A stretch of DNA of 63,959 nt, counting the filler, from an uncultured bacterium (lineage in GTDB: Bacteria; CAZSTA01): NCBI GenBank assembly GCA_964609495.1. It is 5 parts of 5 records of this genome, joined end to end, with 100 filler letters (N's around TTAATTAATTAA, not from the genome) between each part and the next. Parts side by side here need not be neighbours in the genome. Positions count along the whole stretch, not along the records: positions 39,985 to 52,972 come from CAZSTA010000098.1; positions 53,073 to 63,959 come from CAZSTA010000121.1; 3 more parts are not named here. One strand, given 5' to 3'. The position numbers and the translations under genes are program-made. Positions 48,908 through 59,356 of the stretch are shown piece by piece (positions within the stretch are counted from its first letter, which is position 1; the number at the start of each line of letters is the position of its first letter). The notes beneath the pieces are model-generated. The model ran no database searches and was not told the DNA's origin. It worked only from the letters and a program-made list of their open reading frames with translations.

Positions 48908-51900
48908 TTAGATATTTTTAACGCATCGCATCCCTATATAAGGAATGCGATGGGAGGGATGACCACTAAAACGAGATCCACAGCGAGCATGAAGTTCATC
49001 GTGACTCCAAGATCCACCTCTTAGTATATAGGTCTCTGTTCTTCCCACATATAACCCATCTATCCATTCGTAAACGTTTCCAGCCATATCATAACATTGA
49101 TAGGGACTTACTCCCGCAGGATAATTATCCACAGGAGTGCTACGTTCTATCCCTGACTCCTTAGTGTTGCACTTGCTGGAATCGAATTTGTTACCCCAGG
49201 GATATTTCTGATAATATTCTCCTCTGGCCGCCTTTTCCCACTCCAACTCGTTAGGCAGTCGCTTCCCAGCCCATTTAGCATAGGCACTAGCCTCATAGAA
49301 ACTTACACCGACCACCGGATGATCGGGCTTGTTAAATCTCTCATCATCCCAATAGTTAGGTTTGGTTATACTCCTTCGGTTCTTCCAGGACCAACCCTCG
49401 TCCGTCCAATATTCCCTTTTCTCATATCCCTCCGCCGCTATGAACTTCTCATATTGAGCATTTGTTACCGGATAGATATCGATATAATAATCAGGGAGGA
49501 AAACTTTCTTCAGGGAATTCTTCTCTCTATAAACGAAATTGCCTGCGGGAATTAGCACCATTCCTCGAGGAACTTCGCTGACTCTCCTTATATCCTCTAA
49601 GGCTATCCGCATCCCCTCTATATATTGATAACGATCATCTGGCACGCTCTCTAAAGCTTTCCTAATTATAAAATCTACTTCCTCGCTTATCTCGTCCCCT
49701 CGCAATTCACTAGGCAGGCGGTAATTGCCAATGGGCAGTTTATCAATCAGCATTTTGTATAAAGTTACTCCTACCGAATAGATATCGCAGCGCCGATCCA
49801 CATCTTCCGCTCCCAATCTCTGTTCAGGAGACATATATTCGAAGGTTCCAGTTGAGAAACGCAGGGTGGAAAGGCGGGGAGCATCGACTAGCTGAGTCAA
49901 GCCAAAGTCGAGTATCTTTACCCTATCCTTTACCAGAAAGATATTCTCTGGTCTTATATCCCGGTGAACGACCCCTCGCTTATGGGCAAAGGCTAATCCT
50001 TCGCAGACTTGGATTGTAATATCAAGAGCCTTTTCTAAGGGAAAAACCCCTTTTTCCTTCAGCAACTGTTGGACAGTAGTTCCCTTGAGATAATCCATAA
50101 TTATATAATATCTATTCCTGAAGGACTCAAGACCATATACTCGACCGATATTCTTATGCACTAAAGAGATAGCCATTTCAATCTCTCGTCTGAATCGTTG
50201 CATCAGGAAATAATTACTAGTATAAGTTTTCTTTAGGACCTTCAGAGATACCTCTCTCCTCTCCTTCCGATCATACGCCCTATAGACTGTTCCCATCGCT
50301 CCTCGTCCTAATATCTCCTCGAGTTGATAGCGCTCGGGAACGATATTCAACTCTTCTTTAAGAGAAACAGCTCGCTGATAGCTGTCTAAGGCATCTTTAA
50401 GGAGCCCCTTCTCCATAAATACATATTGAAGATTATAGTAGGCCTCGGCTAGGTTAGGATCAAGGGATATAGCCTCTTGATAGTAATAATCAGCCTGTTC
50501 GTAATTTGATTGACTAAATTCGATATTGCCCATTTTTAAGAGAAATTCCAAATCTCGGTACTCTCTCCCTAAACGATCTAGCTCCGCTTTCATCTGCTGG
50601 ATCTGTTGCCACTGCTCTGTGTTTAAGATAAGCCTTTCTCCATCCTCGAGTAATAAGGGGACCTTTATCTGCTCGAAAACTGACTTGAATTTATCGATTA
50701 GTTTATCAAATTCCTTCCGAGCCTTCTGTTTCCGTTCGGCGGTCCTGAAGTAATCCTCCACCTCCTTCTGGATCATATCTCTTTCAAGACGACTAACACT
50801 TTCGTATAGCACCTCTCGAACCTTAGTGTGAGCAAAATCATAGCTATATCTATCCTTTCTTAACTTCTCCACGAGCAACCTACTTCTGATAAGTCCTTCC
50901 AATATATCAGTCAATTCGTCCTCGCTCTTTTCGTTTAATTTCAACAGGAGATCGAAATCAAATTCCCTTCCTATCAGAGCCGCGAGGGATAGGATATCCA
51001 AGTGGCTTTTATCTAACCTATCTAGCCTTCTCTTTATTATCCCGTGAATCTCGGTAGGGATCTGAGGTATCTTGCCCTTTCGTCTCTTCCAATCTCCCCT
51101 CTCTCGATATATTATCCCCTCCTCCACATAGGCTCTAAGCATCTCCTCGATGAAGAGAGGATTACCTTCTGTCTCAGAGTAGATCCATTCTCCGAAGCTT
51201 CTAGGTATATTCCTATCGCCGAGCATATATCCAACCATCTCGGTGACCTCGGAGACAGACAGGGGTTCAAGTTGAACCAAAGTCGCTATTTTCTCCTCAG
51301 CCAATTTTTTTATCAATTTATCTGGGATATGTCCTTCCTCGATCTCATCACTACGGTAAGAACCACAGATTAGAATATGTTCTTTATCTAAGTTACTAGC
51401 TAGATAATGGAGGAGGGAGGCGCTCATCTCATCGATCCACTGCAAGTTATCGATAAAGATAAGGAGAGGCTTATCCCTCGATACCCGCCCCAAGAGATGA
51501 GTTAAAGCTTCGAAGAATTGATATTTCTCGCTCTCAGGCTCTACCACAATGCTGGGGTCTATATCCCCTATTACTGTTCTACTTGCTAATTCTGGAACTA
51601 GTCTGATCAATTCGGCTTCTGCTCCTTCGATGACCAGAGAATCGAACTCTTGCGGTCTAGAAGAATATTCCCTCAAAATATCGATGAAGGGCTGATAAGC
51701 GACTCTATTTCTCTCATAGCAATCACCCTTTAGGAATCTAACTTGTCGTTTATAGCTATGGGTTTTTAACTCCTTCAGTAACTTACTCTTCCCCAAGCCA
51801 GTCTCTCCTCCGATTAGAACCAGACCCCCATTCCCAGCTATAGTTTTATCGAGAAGTGATCTTATCGTTGTCGACTCCTCTTCTCTGCCCACCAGGGGTG

Positions 51901-52789
51901 GTGAAAAGATCAGATCTGCCTTCCGGGGAGCTGAAGGGATCTCAAAGGGAGCGACTCTCCTTCCCTCCCTCTCCGCTAGAAGAGCTATATCTCGAAGCAG
52001 ATCTCCCGCTGATTGATACCTATCGATGGGATTCTTCTCCATCAACTTTAAGATCAACCTTTCCCATCCTTCTCCCAGCTCAGGATTATACTCGCGAGGG
52101 GGGACAGGCTCTTGGCTTATATGTTTTAGAATAATGGAGATAGGATTTTCCGCCTCGAAGGGCAATCGTCCCGTCATCGCCTCATATAAGATCACTCCCA
52201 GAGAGTATAAATCGGAACGGTAGTCGATAATATCTGCTTGCCCTTGCTCCGGGGACATATAGACCACAGTCCCCACCACCGATCCTGTCCGGGTCAACTT
52301 ATCCGATATATCCGCGATTCTAGCCAAGCCGAAATCCATAACCTTGGCCACTCTATCTTTATTCAACATTATATTCTCTGGCTTTAGATCCCGGTGGATA
52401 ATACCCTCGGAGTGGATATAATTCAGAGCTTTGCAGATCTGAATCAGGATATCAATAAGTTCAGGAATGGGAACTATATTCCCTTTAGATATCCTATAGT
52501 CTTCCAAATCTCTTCCATCGATATATTCCATAACGAAGAAGAGGATATCCTCTTGAGAGCCATAGTCATAAACAGATATAACATTGGGATGTTTGAGCCT
52601 GGTGAGAGCTCTAAATTCTCGATGAAAGCGAGCTTTATCTTCCTCTCCACTAGTTAATAAATGAGATAGGAGTTTCACCGCTACAAAGCGCTCCAATTGG
52701 AGATCATGAGATTTATATACTACTCCTGCCCCTCCCTCTCCTAGCTTCTCAACTAGTTCATATCGGCCTTTTAATAGCGTCCCAATCAT
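48908..52789 (-). CDS. Ser/Thr kinase - STAND (AAA_16-like) ATPase - TPR - second kinase - FGE-sulfatase fusion
   Basis: HRDLKPEN/DFG, GETGLGKS, IDNLQW, GNPLF, TPR, HRDIRPEN/DFG, RLPNELEWEKAARG, DMAGNVYEW, RGGSW; start after AAGGAG. Confidence 0.9.
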   Translation of the reverse strand: MIGTLLKGRYELVEKLGEGGAGVVYKSHDLQLERFVAVKLLSHLLTSGEEDKARFHREFRALTRLKHPNVISVYDYGSQEDILFFVMEYIDGRDLEDYRISKGNIVPIPELIDILIQICKALNYIHSEGIIHRDLKPENIMLNKDRVAKVMDFGLARIADISDKLTRTGSVVGTVVYMSPEQGQADIIDYRSDLYSLGVILYEAMTGRLPFEAENPISIILKHISQEPVPPREYNPELGEGWERLILKLMEKNPIDRYQSAGDLLRDIALLAEREGRRVAPFEIPSAPRKADLIFSPPLVGREEESTTIRSLLDKTIAGNGGLVLIGGETGLGKSKLLKELKTHSYKRQVRFLKGDCYERNRVAYQPFIDILREYSSRPQEFDSLVIEGAEAELIRLVPELASRTVIGDIDPSIVVEPESEKYQFFEALTHLLGRVSRDKPLLIFIDNLQWIDEMSASLLHYLASNLDKEHILICGSYRSDEIEEGHIPDKLIKKLAEEKIATLVQLEPLSVSEVTEMVGYMLGDRNIPRSFGEWIYSETEGNPLFIEEMLRAYVEEGIIYRERGDWKRRKGKIPQIPTEIHGIIKRRLDRLDKSHLDILSLAALIGREFDFDLLLKLNEKSEDELTDILEGLIRSRLLVEKLRKDRYSYDFAHTKVREVLYESVSRLERDMIQKEVEDYFRTAERKQKARKEFDKLIDKFKSVFEQIKVPLLLEDGERLILNTEQWQQIQQMKAELDRLGREYRDLEFLLKMGNIEFSQSNYEQADYYYQEAISLDPNLAEAYYNLQYVFMEKGLLKDALDSYQRAVSLKEELNIVPERYQLEEILGRGAMGTVYRAYDRKERREVSLKVLKKTYTSNYFLMQRFRREIEMAISLVHKNIGRVYGLESFRNRYYIIMDYLKGTTVQQLLKEKGVFPLEKALDITIQVCEGLAFAHKRGVVHRDIRPENIFLVKDRVKILDFGLTQLVDAPRLSTLRFSTGTFEYMSPEQRLGAEDVDRRCDIYSVGVTLYKMLIDKLPIGNYRLPSELRGDEISEEVDFIIRKALESVPDDRYQYIEGMRIALEDIRRVSEVPRGMVLIPAGNFVYREKNSLKKVFLPDYYIDIYPVTNAQYEKFIAAEGYEKREYWTDEGWSWKNRRSITKPNYWDDERFNKPDHPVVGVSFYEASAYAKWAGKRLPNELEWEKAARGEYYQKYPWGNKFDSSKCNTKESGIERSTPVDNYPAGVSPYQCYDMAGNVYEWIDGLYVGRTETYILRGGSWSHDELHARCGSRFSGHPSHRIPYIGMRCVKNI

Positions 52790-52898
52790 AATAAACTCTT
52801 CTCCTTGAGACATAAAACTCTTTAACAAAGAAAATTTCTCTACCATTTTGTATTATATCATAATTTAAAAATTTTAGCAACCATATTCACTCCGCCAG

Positions 52899-52972
52899 GA
52901 AGCATATAGAAGCGGGAATCAAAAAGTCTTTACTTCGTAATGATTTCAGATCGAGTTATAACTCCCCCTCAC
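52899..52972. repeat. Left end of the MITE/REPIN-like element, cut by contig end
   Basis: GAAGCATATAGAAGCGGGAATC ... CCCCCTCAC. Confidence 0.55.
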
Positions 52973-53072
52973 NNNNNNNNNNNNNNNNNNNNNNNNNNNN
53001 NNNNNNNNNNNNNNNNTTAATTAATTAANNNNNNNNNNNNNNNNNNNNNNNNNNNNNNNNNNNNNNNNNNNN
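52973..53072. other. Artificial contig linker
   Basis: N-run/TTAATTAATTAA/N-run. Confidence 0.98.
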
Positions 53073-53321
53073 GAATATGATACCCCCGATTATAAGTTCA
53101 AAAACCAAAAGGGAGGGGGAACTAAAGGGCTTTAGCTCAATCTCGACGTTCCCTCTCCCCTCGTGGGAGAGGGATAGGGTGAGGGGGAATTAGTCTTTAA
53201 CTCCCTAACGAAGAACCAAGAATATGATACCCCCGATTATAAGTTCAAAAACCAAAAGGGAAGGGGGACTAAATGGCTTTAGTTCAATCTCAGCGTTCCC
53301 TCTCCCCTCGTGGGAGAGGGA
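53073..53321. repeat. 147-bp tandem duplication containing a REP hairpin
   Basis: GAATATGATACCCCCGATTATAAG at 53073 and 53220; copies differ by a few substitutions. Confidence 0.85.
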
Positions 53322-53383
53322 GAAACCATTAAGGGATTGAACAATTCTTCACTTTCTGTATTCAACTCATAAGGAGAGAGCAG

Positions 53384-54553
53384 ATGAAAGCAGAAGAGCT
53401 TGAAAAAGGATTCTTCAGGGTATTCGGTAGGGATAAGGAGAAACCAAGGATAATTAGAGCCCCCGGGCGAGTCAATTTGATCGGAGAGCATACCGATTAT
53501 AACGATGGTTTCGTTCTGCCAATAGCTATAGATAAAGATATTTGGATGGTGGCTAGAGCGCGATCTGATGATAAGGTAAACCTTCATGATCTGCGCCTGA
53601 ATCTATTTTCCTCCTTCTCGTTAAATGATATTAAAAGAAGCGAGATGGAAGAAGAGATATGGGTGAATTATCCAAAGGGAGTTATGCACCTCCTACAAGA
53701 AGAGGGATATAGATTGAAAGGGATGGACATCGCTCTATACGGAGATGTTCCGCAGGGAGCAGGTTTATCCTCTTCTGCCGCTTTTGAGATGGTTACCGCG
53801 ATGACCTGTCAGGTGATAAACGAGTTGGATATAGAGCCAATTGACATGATTAAATTGTGCCAACGAGCGGAGAATGAGTTCGTAGGCGTCAATTGTGGGA
53901 TTATGGATCAGTTCATCTCCAGATTGGGGAGGAAGGATTCTGCCCTGCTTCTGGATTGTCGGAATTTAACTTATGAACATGTTCCTCTGGATTTGTTTAA
54001 AATTGTAATCTGCGATACTAGGGTGAAGAGAGGATTAGTCTCCTCGGAGTATAATACCAGTCGAGAGGAGTGTAATACCGCCACTAAGCTCCTATCCCAA
54101 TATTATCCTGGGGTGAAAGCTCTGCGCGATATCTCCCCTTCCCAATTTGAAGAGGCTAAGGATAACCTGCCAGAAATAGTGAGGAAGAGATGCAAACATG
54201 TCGTCTATGAGGATGAGAGGACCCTCAAAGCGGTCGAGTGTTTGAAGAAGGGAGATATGGAGGAACTAGGCAAAGCGATGTCCGAGTCCCATAATAGCTT
54301 GAGAGATGATTACGAAGTCAGTTGTCCTGAACTGGATATAATGGTAGAGATCGCTTCTCAAGTCGAAGGGGTGATCGGCGCTAGAATGACCGGAGCTGGC
54401 TTTGGGGGTTGCACAATTAACTTAGTAGAGGAAAATAGGATTGAGGAACTCATAGCGGCGATCGAGAGGGAGTACCCCGAAAGAACGAAGCTCGAGCCTA
54501 AAATATATATATGTCAGGCGGTAAATGGAGCCGAAGAGATTCGAGGGGAATAG
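53384..54553 (+). CDS. galK: Galactokinase
   Basis: APGRVNLIGEHTDYNDG, GAGLSSSAA, CGIMDQ, GARMTGAGFGG. Confidence 0.96.
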   Translation: MKAEELEKGFFRVFGRDKEKPRIIRAPGRVNLIGEHTDYNDGFVLPIAIDKDIWMVARARSDDKVNLHDLRLNLFSSFSLNDIKRSEMEEEIWVNYPKGVMHLLQEEGYRLKGMDIALYGDVPQGAGLSSSAAFEMVTAMTCQVINELDIEPIDMIKLCQRAENEFVGVNCGIMDQFISRLGRKDSALLLDCRNLTYEHVPLDLFKIVICDTRVKRGLVSSEYNTSREECNTATKLLSQYYPGVKALRDISPSQFEEAKDNLPEIVRKRCKHVVYEDERTLKAVECLKKGDMEELGKAMSESHNSLRDDYEVSCPELDIMVEIASQVEGVIGARMTGAGFGGCTINLVEENRIEELIAAIEREYPERTKLEPKIYICQAVNGAEEIRGE

Positions 54554-54584
54554 GGGAGGTGGAGAGGGGGAAGCCTTCCATAAG

Positions 54585-55307
54585 ATGTGTAAGGAGAGAA
54601 CATATCGAGAGCTAGCCTCCGGGGGGGATCTTATCAACTTTGTGGTGATCGTCAAGGAGACTGATCTCTTCATTAAAGCCGATAGCGATTTATCTGCTCA
54701 AGCGAAGGAAGCTATCCTAAAATATAGAAAGCAGTTGGAGGATTATATAGCGCTTAATCCGATATTTCGCAAGACCTTAAAGCCCTACAAGGTGGAGGAG
54801 ACGGCGCCTCCTATAGCAAAGGAGATGGGTTGGGCTGGGTCTCTGGCGAGAGTAGGACCTATGGCCGCGGTAGCTGGAGCTATAGCTGAATATGTGGGAA
54901 AGGAACTGCTAAAGTTCAGCAGGCAGGTGATAGTAGAGAATGGAGGAGATCTATTCCTAAAGAGCGAGGCAGAGATGAAGATCGCTATCTATGCGGGAAA
55001 ATCCCCCTTCAGCAATCGTTTAGCTATAAAGCTTTCTCCTGAGAAGACTCCTATGGGCATCTGTACCTCGTCTGGGACCGTAGGACACTCTTTGAGCTTG
55101 GGGAAGGCTGATGCGGTAGTTATAACCTCGAAATCCACCTCCTTAGCAGATGCAGTCGCTACCGCGGTGGGAAATATAATAAAAAGCCCCGAGGACATTC
55201 CTCGAGGCTTGGAATTTGCTCAGAATATAACAGGAGTTGAAGGGGCAATTATAATTAAGGATGATGAGTTAGGAGTTTGGGGCGATATTCAGCTTGCTAA
55301 GGTATAA
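54585..55307 (+). CDS. UPF0280/ApbE-like protein
   Basis: ETDL, VGPMAAVAG, ENGGD, CTSSGTVGHSLSLG, ADAVATA. Confidence 0.88.
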   Translation: MCKERTYRELASGGDLINFVVIVKETDLFIKADSDLSAQAKEAILKYRKQLEDYIALNPIFRKTLKPYKVEETAPPIAKEMGWAGSLARVGPMAAVAGAIAEYVGKELLKFSRQVIVENGGDLFLKSEAEMKIAIYAGKSPFSNRLAIKLSPEKTPMGICTSSGTVGHSLSLGKADAVVITSKSTSLADAVATAVGNIIKSPEDIPRGLEFAQNITGVEGAIIIKDDELGVWGDIQLAKV

Positions 55308-56142
55308 GGCTCTCCTCAGATCGGATCAAGATCATGTCGCCGATCTTTAATTCTAACCCCTCTTCTATAGAATCGAGTTTAAATTCAGACACCTTATTCT
55401 TTTCATCTACGCTCACGACCTTCCCCGTTCCCACCGGCTTTCTCTCCCACTTATTTAAATCGACCACCATTCCGGGTTCGATATTCTTCGTAATGTTAGT
55501 AACTACAACCACCTCTCCCCCATCCTTCTTCACATCTAATACTCTCCCACTCTGAGGTATACCCCTCCCTTGAGTTGCGTTTCTATATTCCCTCTGTAGT
55601 GTGAAATTAGTGACTAATAACAAAGCTATAACCACCACAAAAATGCTACTTATAGTAGCCATACTAACTCGATAACCTCGGGGAGGAACCAAGAACTTAC
55701 CAACTGAGAAGAAAAAAGATGATAATCTGCCCCTCCTCGGTTGATTTGGTTGAGGAGGATATTCCCTACGAACTATACTAAGCAAAGAATCGGGCATCCT
55801 AATGGGCTTCTCCTCCAAATATTCATCGAGTTCATTTAAAAGATCGAGAGATGAACCACAACTAGGGCAGATATGTATATGCTCTTTCTCCTCCTGGGTA
55901 AGCTCGATCTTCCCGCTCTGGAAAGCGATCAGCCTATCTTCGGCTGGACAATTCCGTTGGAATTTGGTGAAGTATTTGAGGAGTAATCTATCAGCCTCGG
56001 ATAGCTCCTTCAGCTTGCGAGCACAGACTTCACATTCGGCAAGGTGTTCTTCCACCCTCCGTCTTTCCTCCTCATCTAACTCGCCATCTATATAGGGAAC
56101 TAACAGAGCGGATATCTCGGGTCGAGAGCAAGCATTATTCAT
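55297..56142 (-). CDS. Membrane anti-sigma factor with two zf-HC2 motifs and an extracytoplasmic beta domain
   Basis: HLAECEVC and HIHICPSC, one TM helix, directly after the ECF sigma gene. Confidence 0.85.
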   Translation of the reverse strand: MNNACSRPEISALLVPYIDGELDEEERRRVEEHLAECEVCARKLKELSEADRLLLKYFTKFQRNCPAEDRLIAFQSGKIELTQEEKEHIHICPSCGSSLDLLNELDEYLEEKPIRMPDSLLSIVRREYPPQPNQPRRGRLSSFFFSVGKFLVPPRGYRVSMATISSIFVVVIALLLVTNFTLQREYRNATQGRGIPQSGRVLDVKKDGGEVVVVTNITKNIEPGMVVDLNKWERKPVGTGKVVSVDEKNKVSEFKLDSIEEGLELKIGDMILIRSEESLIP

Positions 56143-56247
56143 AATAAGACCCCTTCCTTCTATCTAGAAATAACCAAAAATTTTAAAACTAGCTAACGCA
56201 AGTTAGCAACTCTCTATTATTTAGTCGCCAAAAAATTGATTTCAATT

Positions 56248-56865
56248 CTAATCAGAAATTAATTTTTGATAAATTTCTTTTAACTTCAACAGACACCTGC
56301 TCATTCGAGAATAGACAGTTCCCTTTGGGATATCCAACTCCTCAGCGATCTGCTTGCAAGACATCGCCTGAAGATAACGGAGTTCTACGATCTTCTGACA
56401 TTTATAGGATAACTTCCCTATCGCCATCTTCAGGGCCTCTCTATCTTCTACATCTACTAATAATTCCTCCGGCCTTTTCCCTCTATCCGCTGGGTCTATA
56501 GCTAAACTCCCGTCTGCTCTCACCTCGTATAGCGAGCGATGAACAACTCCTTTACCTCTCTTCAAAGTATCTTTTCTTCTTATCTCCGATATACACTTAT
56601 TTTTAGCGATATTAGTTATATAAGTCTTGAGCTGGGATCGAAACTTGAAGGAACGCAGGCTGATCACTAAAGCTGAGAATACCTCCTGGATTATATCTTC
56701 CGTCTGCTCTTTGGGAAAATTCCACTTTCCCCAACAGACGATCTTATAAACCAAGGGATAAAACCGCCTATATAATGCCTGCCAAGCGGCTTCGTCTCCT
56801 CTTATACAAAGAGCTACCAATTCCTCCTCGCTCATATTGTCATAATTTAGAGGCTTATTCCTCAC
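56248..56865 (-). CDS. ECF sigma-70 factor
   Basis: GDEAAWQALY, EDIIQEVF, LKTYITNIAKN, IAEELDIPKGTVYSRMSR. Confidence 0.92.
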   Translation of the reverse strand: MRNKPLNYDNMSEEELVALCIRGDEAAWQALYRRFYPLVYKIVCWGKWNFPKEQTEDIIQEVFSALVISLRSFKFRSQLKTYITNIAKNKCISEIRRKDTLKRGKGVVHRSLYEVRADGSLAIDPADRGKRPEELLVDVEDREALKMAIGKLSYKCQKIVELRYLQAMSCKQIAEELDIPKGTVYSRMSRCLLKLKEIYQKLISD

Positions 56866-56893
56866 CCTAACCTTCCCCTCTTATCTTCCCACC

Positions 56894-59338
56894 CTAATTA
56901 TTTATGCTGAAAAAACCATCGGATTGATCTTCACCGCTCAGATAACCATCGGAAGCGGTGACTTTGATAAGATAATTTGAGCCATTAGCGCAAGTGGTAG
57001 TATCCCAATCATAACTACCACCGTTATCAATATCGGTCGCTATATTATCCCAAACCGCCCCTCCACTTATACTATAGCTGATAGCTATCTTTAAGGGATC
57101 TCCATCGGGATCGGTTGCCGTCCAAAGTATCTCTTGAGTTTCGCTCCATACCTCCCCTCCATTCGGCGCTTCAACCTTAACTGAAGGTTGAGAATTCTCT
57201 ATAACGTTGATATTAACACCGATTGTGCTACTCTGCAATCCATCATTATCGGTAACTCTGAACTTAGCTAAGTAAGAATTAGGAGCGGTATAGGTATAGG
57301 ACGTATTACCTGTAGTATCGCTCTCCCAATCCATTATTCCATCCCCGTTGAAATCCCACTCATACTTCGCGATCCAACCATCCTCATCATATCCCTCGCC
57401 GGTAAATTCGACCTTGAGAGGAGCTTTACCACTCTTAGGGTCAGCATCGGCGGTTGCCCTCGGAGGTTTCTTATCCTCCTTCGCTACAACTATACTAACT
57501 GTATCAGTATCCTCTGCCCCTTTATCATCGGTAACCGTAAATTTCGCTATATAAGTTCCCACTTCGGTATAAGTATGGTCTGCTTCACCGGTGGTGCTAC
57601 TCTCCCATATATCAGAGCCATCCCCAAAATCCCAGGCATACTTTACTATCTCTCCATCGGCATCTGTTCCCTTGCCTTTAAATGCAACTTCAAGAGGCAC
57701 TATTCCACTCTGAGGATTGGCTGAGGCTAAAGCTACTGGAGGGACATTAGAGGGCTTAGACGAAGTTTTATTGCTGATAACTACTAATAAGGCTATTAAG
57801 GCAACTCCTCCTAAAGCATAGTAGATGTAATCCGCTTCATCTAAGGAAGAAGATTTTGATGGTGGTAGGGAAGCCTTATCGCTTTGGATATATCTAGGCT
57901 TGGTGGGAGTTATCTTCGGAGGAGCCTCCTCCTCTATCTTCTTCATAATTACATCTAAAGCCCTTATAGCTCCAGCATAAACGTTTTGGACACTAGACCA
58001 ATTCTCATATCCTTCCTTGATAATGAGGATCTCATGAGAGCCAGGAGACAGATCACTTCTGATCAATCCCTGCTCTATAGTCTCTCCTACATATTCCCCA
58101 TCTATATATACCTTAGCTTTAGAGGGTAGCGATCTTATCAATAATCCCCCCAGCTTCTCAGGAGGGATAACCCCGCTCACCTCTTCTACTTTCTCCCTAA
58201 TCTCTATCTTATTCCCCTTCTCTATCTCCTGTTTAGTAGCCCTCTGGATTATAAGGGCATAAGATAGGTCCTCCCTTACCTTAGTGACTCTTATCGCCCC
58301 TGTATCTATACGAGCTATTATCATCTCCTTGGTCTCAGGATGGGTTAATCTCTCCAAGCGGTAGGTGTTGAATTCATCCCCAGGTTGAACCCCGTCTTCT
58401 GATCCTATATCTATTATAAGTTGTCCACCTGAGAAGGTCGTTATAACATACCCTTTAGCTTCTCCTATTAGATACACCTTTTTTCCCACATTATCGATGA
58501 TCTGAGGGGTTTGTCCCGTGACCTCACCTTCAACCTTTCTTTTAGTATAGCGAAAGGCTTCCTGAACTGTGATCGTCCCGTCTAGATCCTCATCAGCCGC
58601 CCCTTTCAAAGCCTCCAAGAAATAGTAAGTAAATATGCCATGGTGGAACTCCTCTTTCTCCTGTGATATTTGATCTCCCTTGCCCGAACTGATGACAATC
58701 GTTCCTGGCATTGCCAGATCACTAATTAATTGATCGCTAGGATAAACCCTGGTTTCAACCTCCTGGAATACCTGGAATTTCGGGAGCTCCTCCTCCACCA
58801 CTGCTCCTCCATAACAACTATCAAAGATCAAAACGACCTTATTAGATCTTAACCTTCGCACCCAATACCCGAAGATATCATCGACTATACCTGTAGTCTC
58901 ATCATCTAGGGAGACATCATAAGGGAGTAGATACTCGTCTAATCCGTCAGGTTCATCTCCATCTTTATCCTCGGCATAACTTCCATGCCCTGAGAAATAG
59001 ATAACTACTAGATCATCCGTTTTAGCATTCCTGCCTAACCACCCAGTGATAGTTTCTCTTATACATTTTCTAGTCGCATCGGAGTTTATCAGCAACATAA
59101 TATGATCGGCAGGAAATTTCCCCTTCTCTCTCAAAACCTGCTGTATAGCTATGGCATCATTATCAGCATATTTAAGAGGTATAACTTGAGGGTCTTCATA
59201 CTTGGATATACCGATTACAACCGCCCATTTATCATACTTCTCTTCTCCCTTGACAAGCGAGGGGGATAATATAACATTTAATAATGATATGACAATTGTA
59301 TATACTACTGTCTTGACCAACTTCTTCTCGAACTTCAT
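56894..59338 (-). CDS. Exported C14 caspase-like protease with FlgT-C-like, PEGA, hydrophobic helix, two PKD and Ig-like domains
   Basis: Signal peptide; WAVVIGISKY, FSGHG, FDSC dyad, HGIFTYY; WDFGDG/WDFNGDG PKD motifs. Confidence 0.88.
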   Translation of the reverse strand: MKFEKKLVKTVVYTIVISLLNVILSPSLVKGEEKYDKWAVVIGISKYEDPQVIPLKYADNDAIAIQQVLREKGKFPADHIMLLINSDATRKCIRETITGWLGRNAKTDDLVVIYFSGHGSYAEDKDGDEPDGLDEYLLPYDVSLDDETTGIVDDIFGYWVRRLRSNKVVLIFDSCYGGAVVEEELPKFQVFQEVETRVYPSDQLISDLAMPGTIVISSGKGDQISQEKEEFHHGIFTYYFLEALKGAADEDLDGTITVQEAFRYTKRKVEGEVTGQTPQIIDNVGKKVYLIGEAKGYVITTFSGGQLIIDIGSEDGVQPGDEFNTYRLERLTHPETKEMIIARIDTGAIRVTKVREDLSYALIIQRATKQEIEKGNKIEIREKVEEVSGVIPPEKLGGLLIRSLPSKAKVYIDGEYVGETIEQGLIRSDLSPGSHEILIIKEGYENWSSVQNVYAGAIRALDVIMKKIEEEAPPKITPTKPRYIQSDKASLPPSKSSSLDEADYIYYALGGVALIALLVVISNKTSSKPSNVPPVALASANPQSGIVPLEVAFKGKGTDADGEIVKYAWDFGDGSDIWESSTTGEADHTYTEVGTYIAKFTVTDDKGAEDTDTVSIVVAKEDKKPPRATADADPKSGKAPLKVEFTGEGYDEDGWIAKYEWDFNGDGIMDWESDTTGNTSYTYTAPNSYLAKFRVTDNDGLQSSTIGVNINVIENSQPSVKVEAPNGGEVWSETQEILWTATDPDGDPLKIAISYSISGGAVWDNIATDIDNGGSYDWDTTTCANGSNYLIKVTASDGYLSGEDQSDGFFSINN

Positions 59339-59356
59339 CCTCAGCCCTCAATCCTC

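Noticed and set aside
48908-49100. FGE-domain C-terminus as a diversity-generating retroelement variable region
   Set aside because: No template repeat or reverse transcriptase in the window; a remote DGR cannot be excluded but nothing here supports one.
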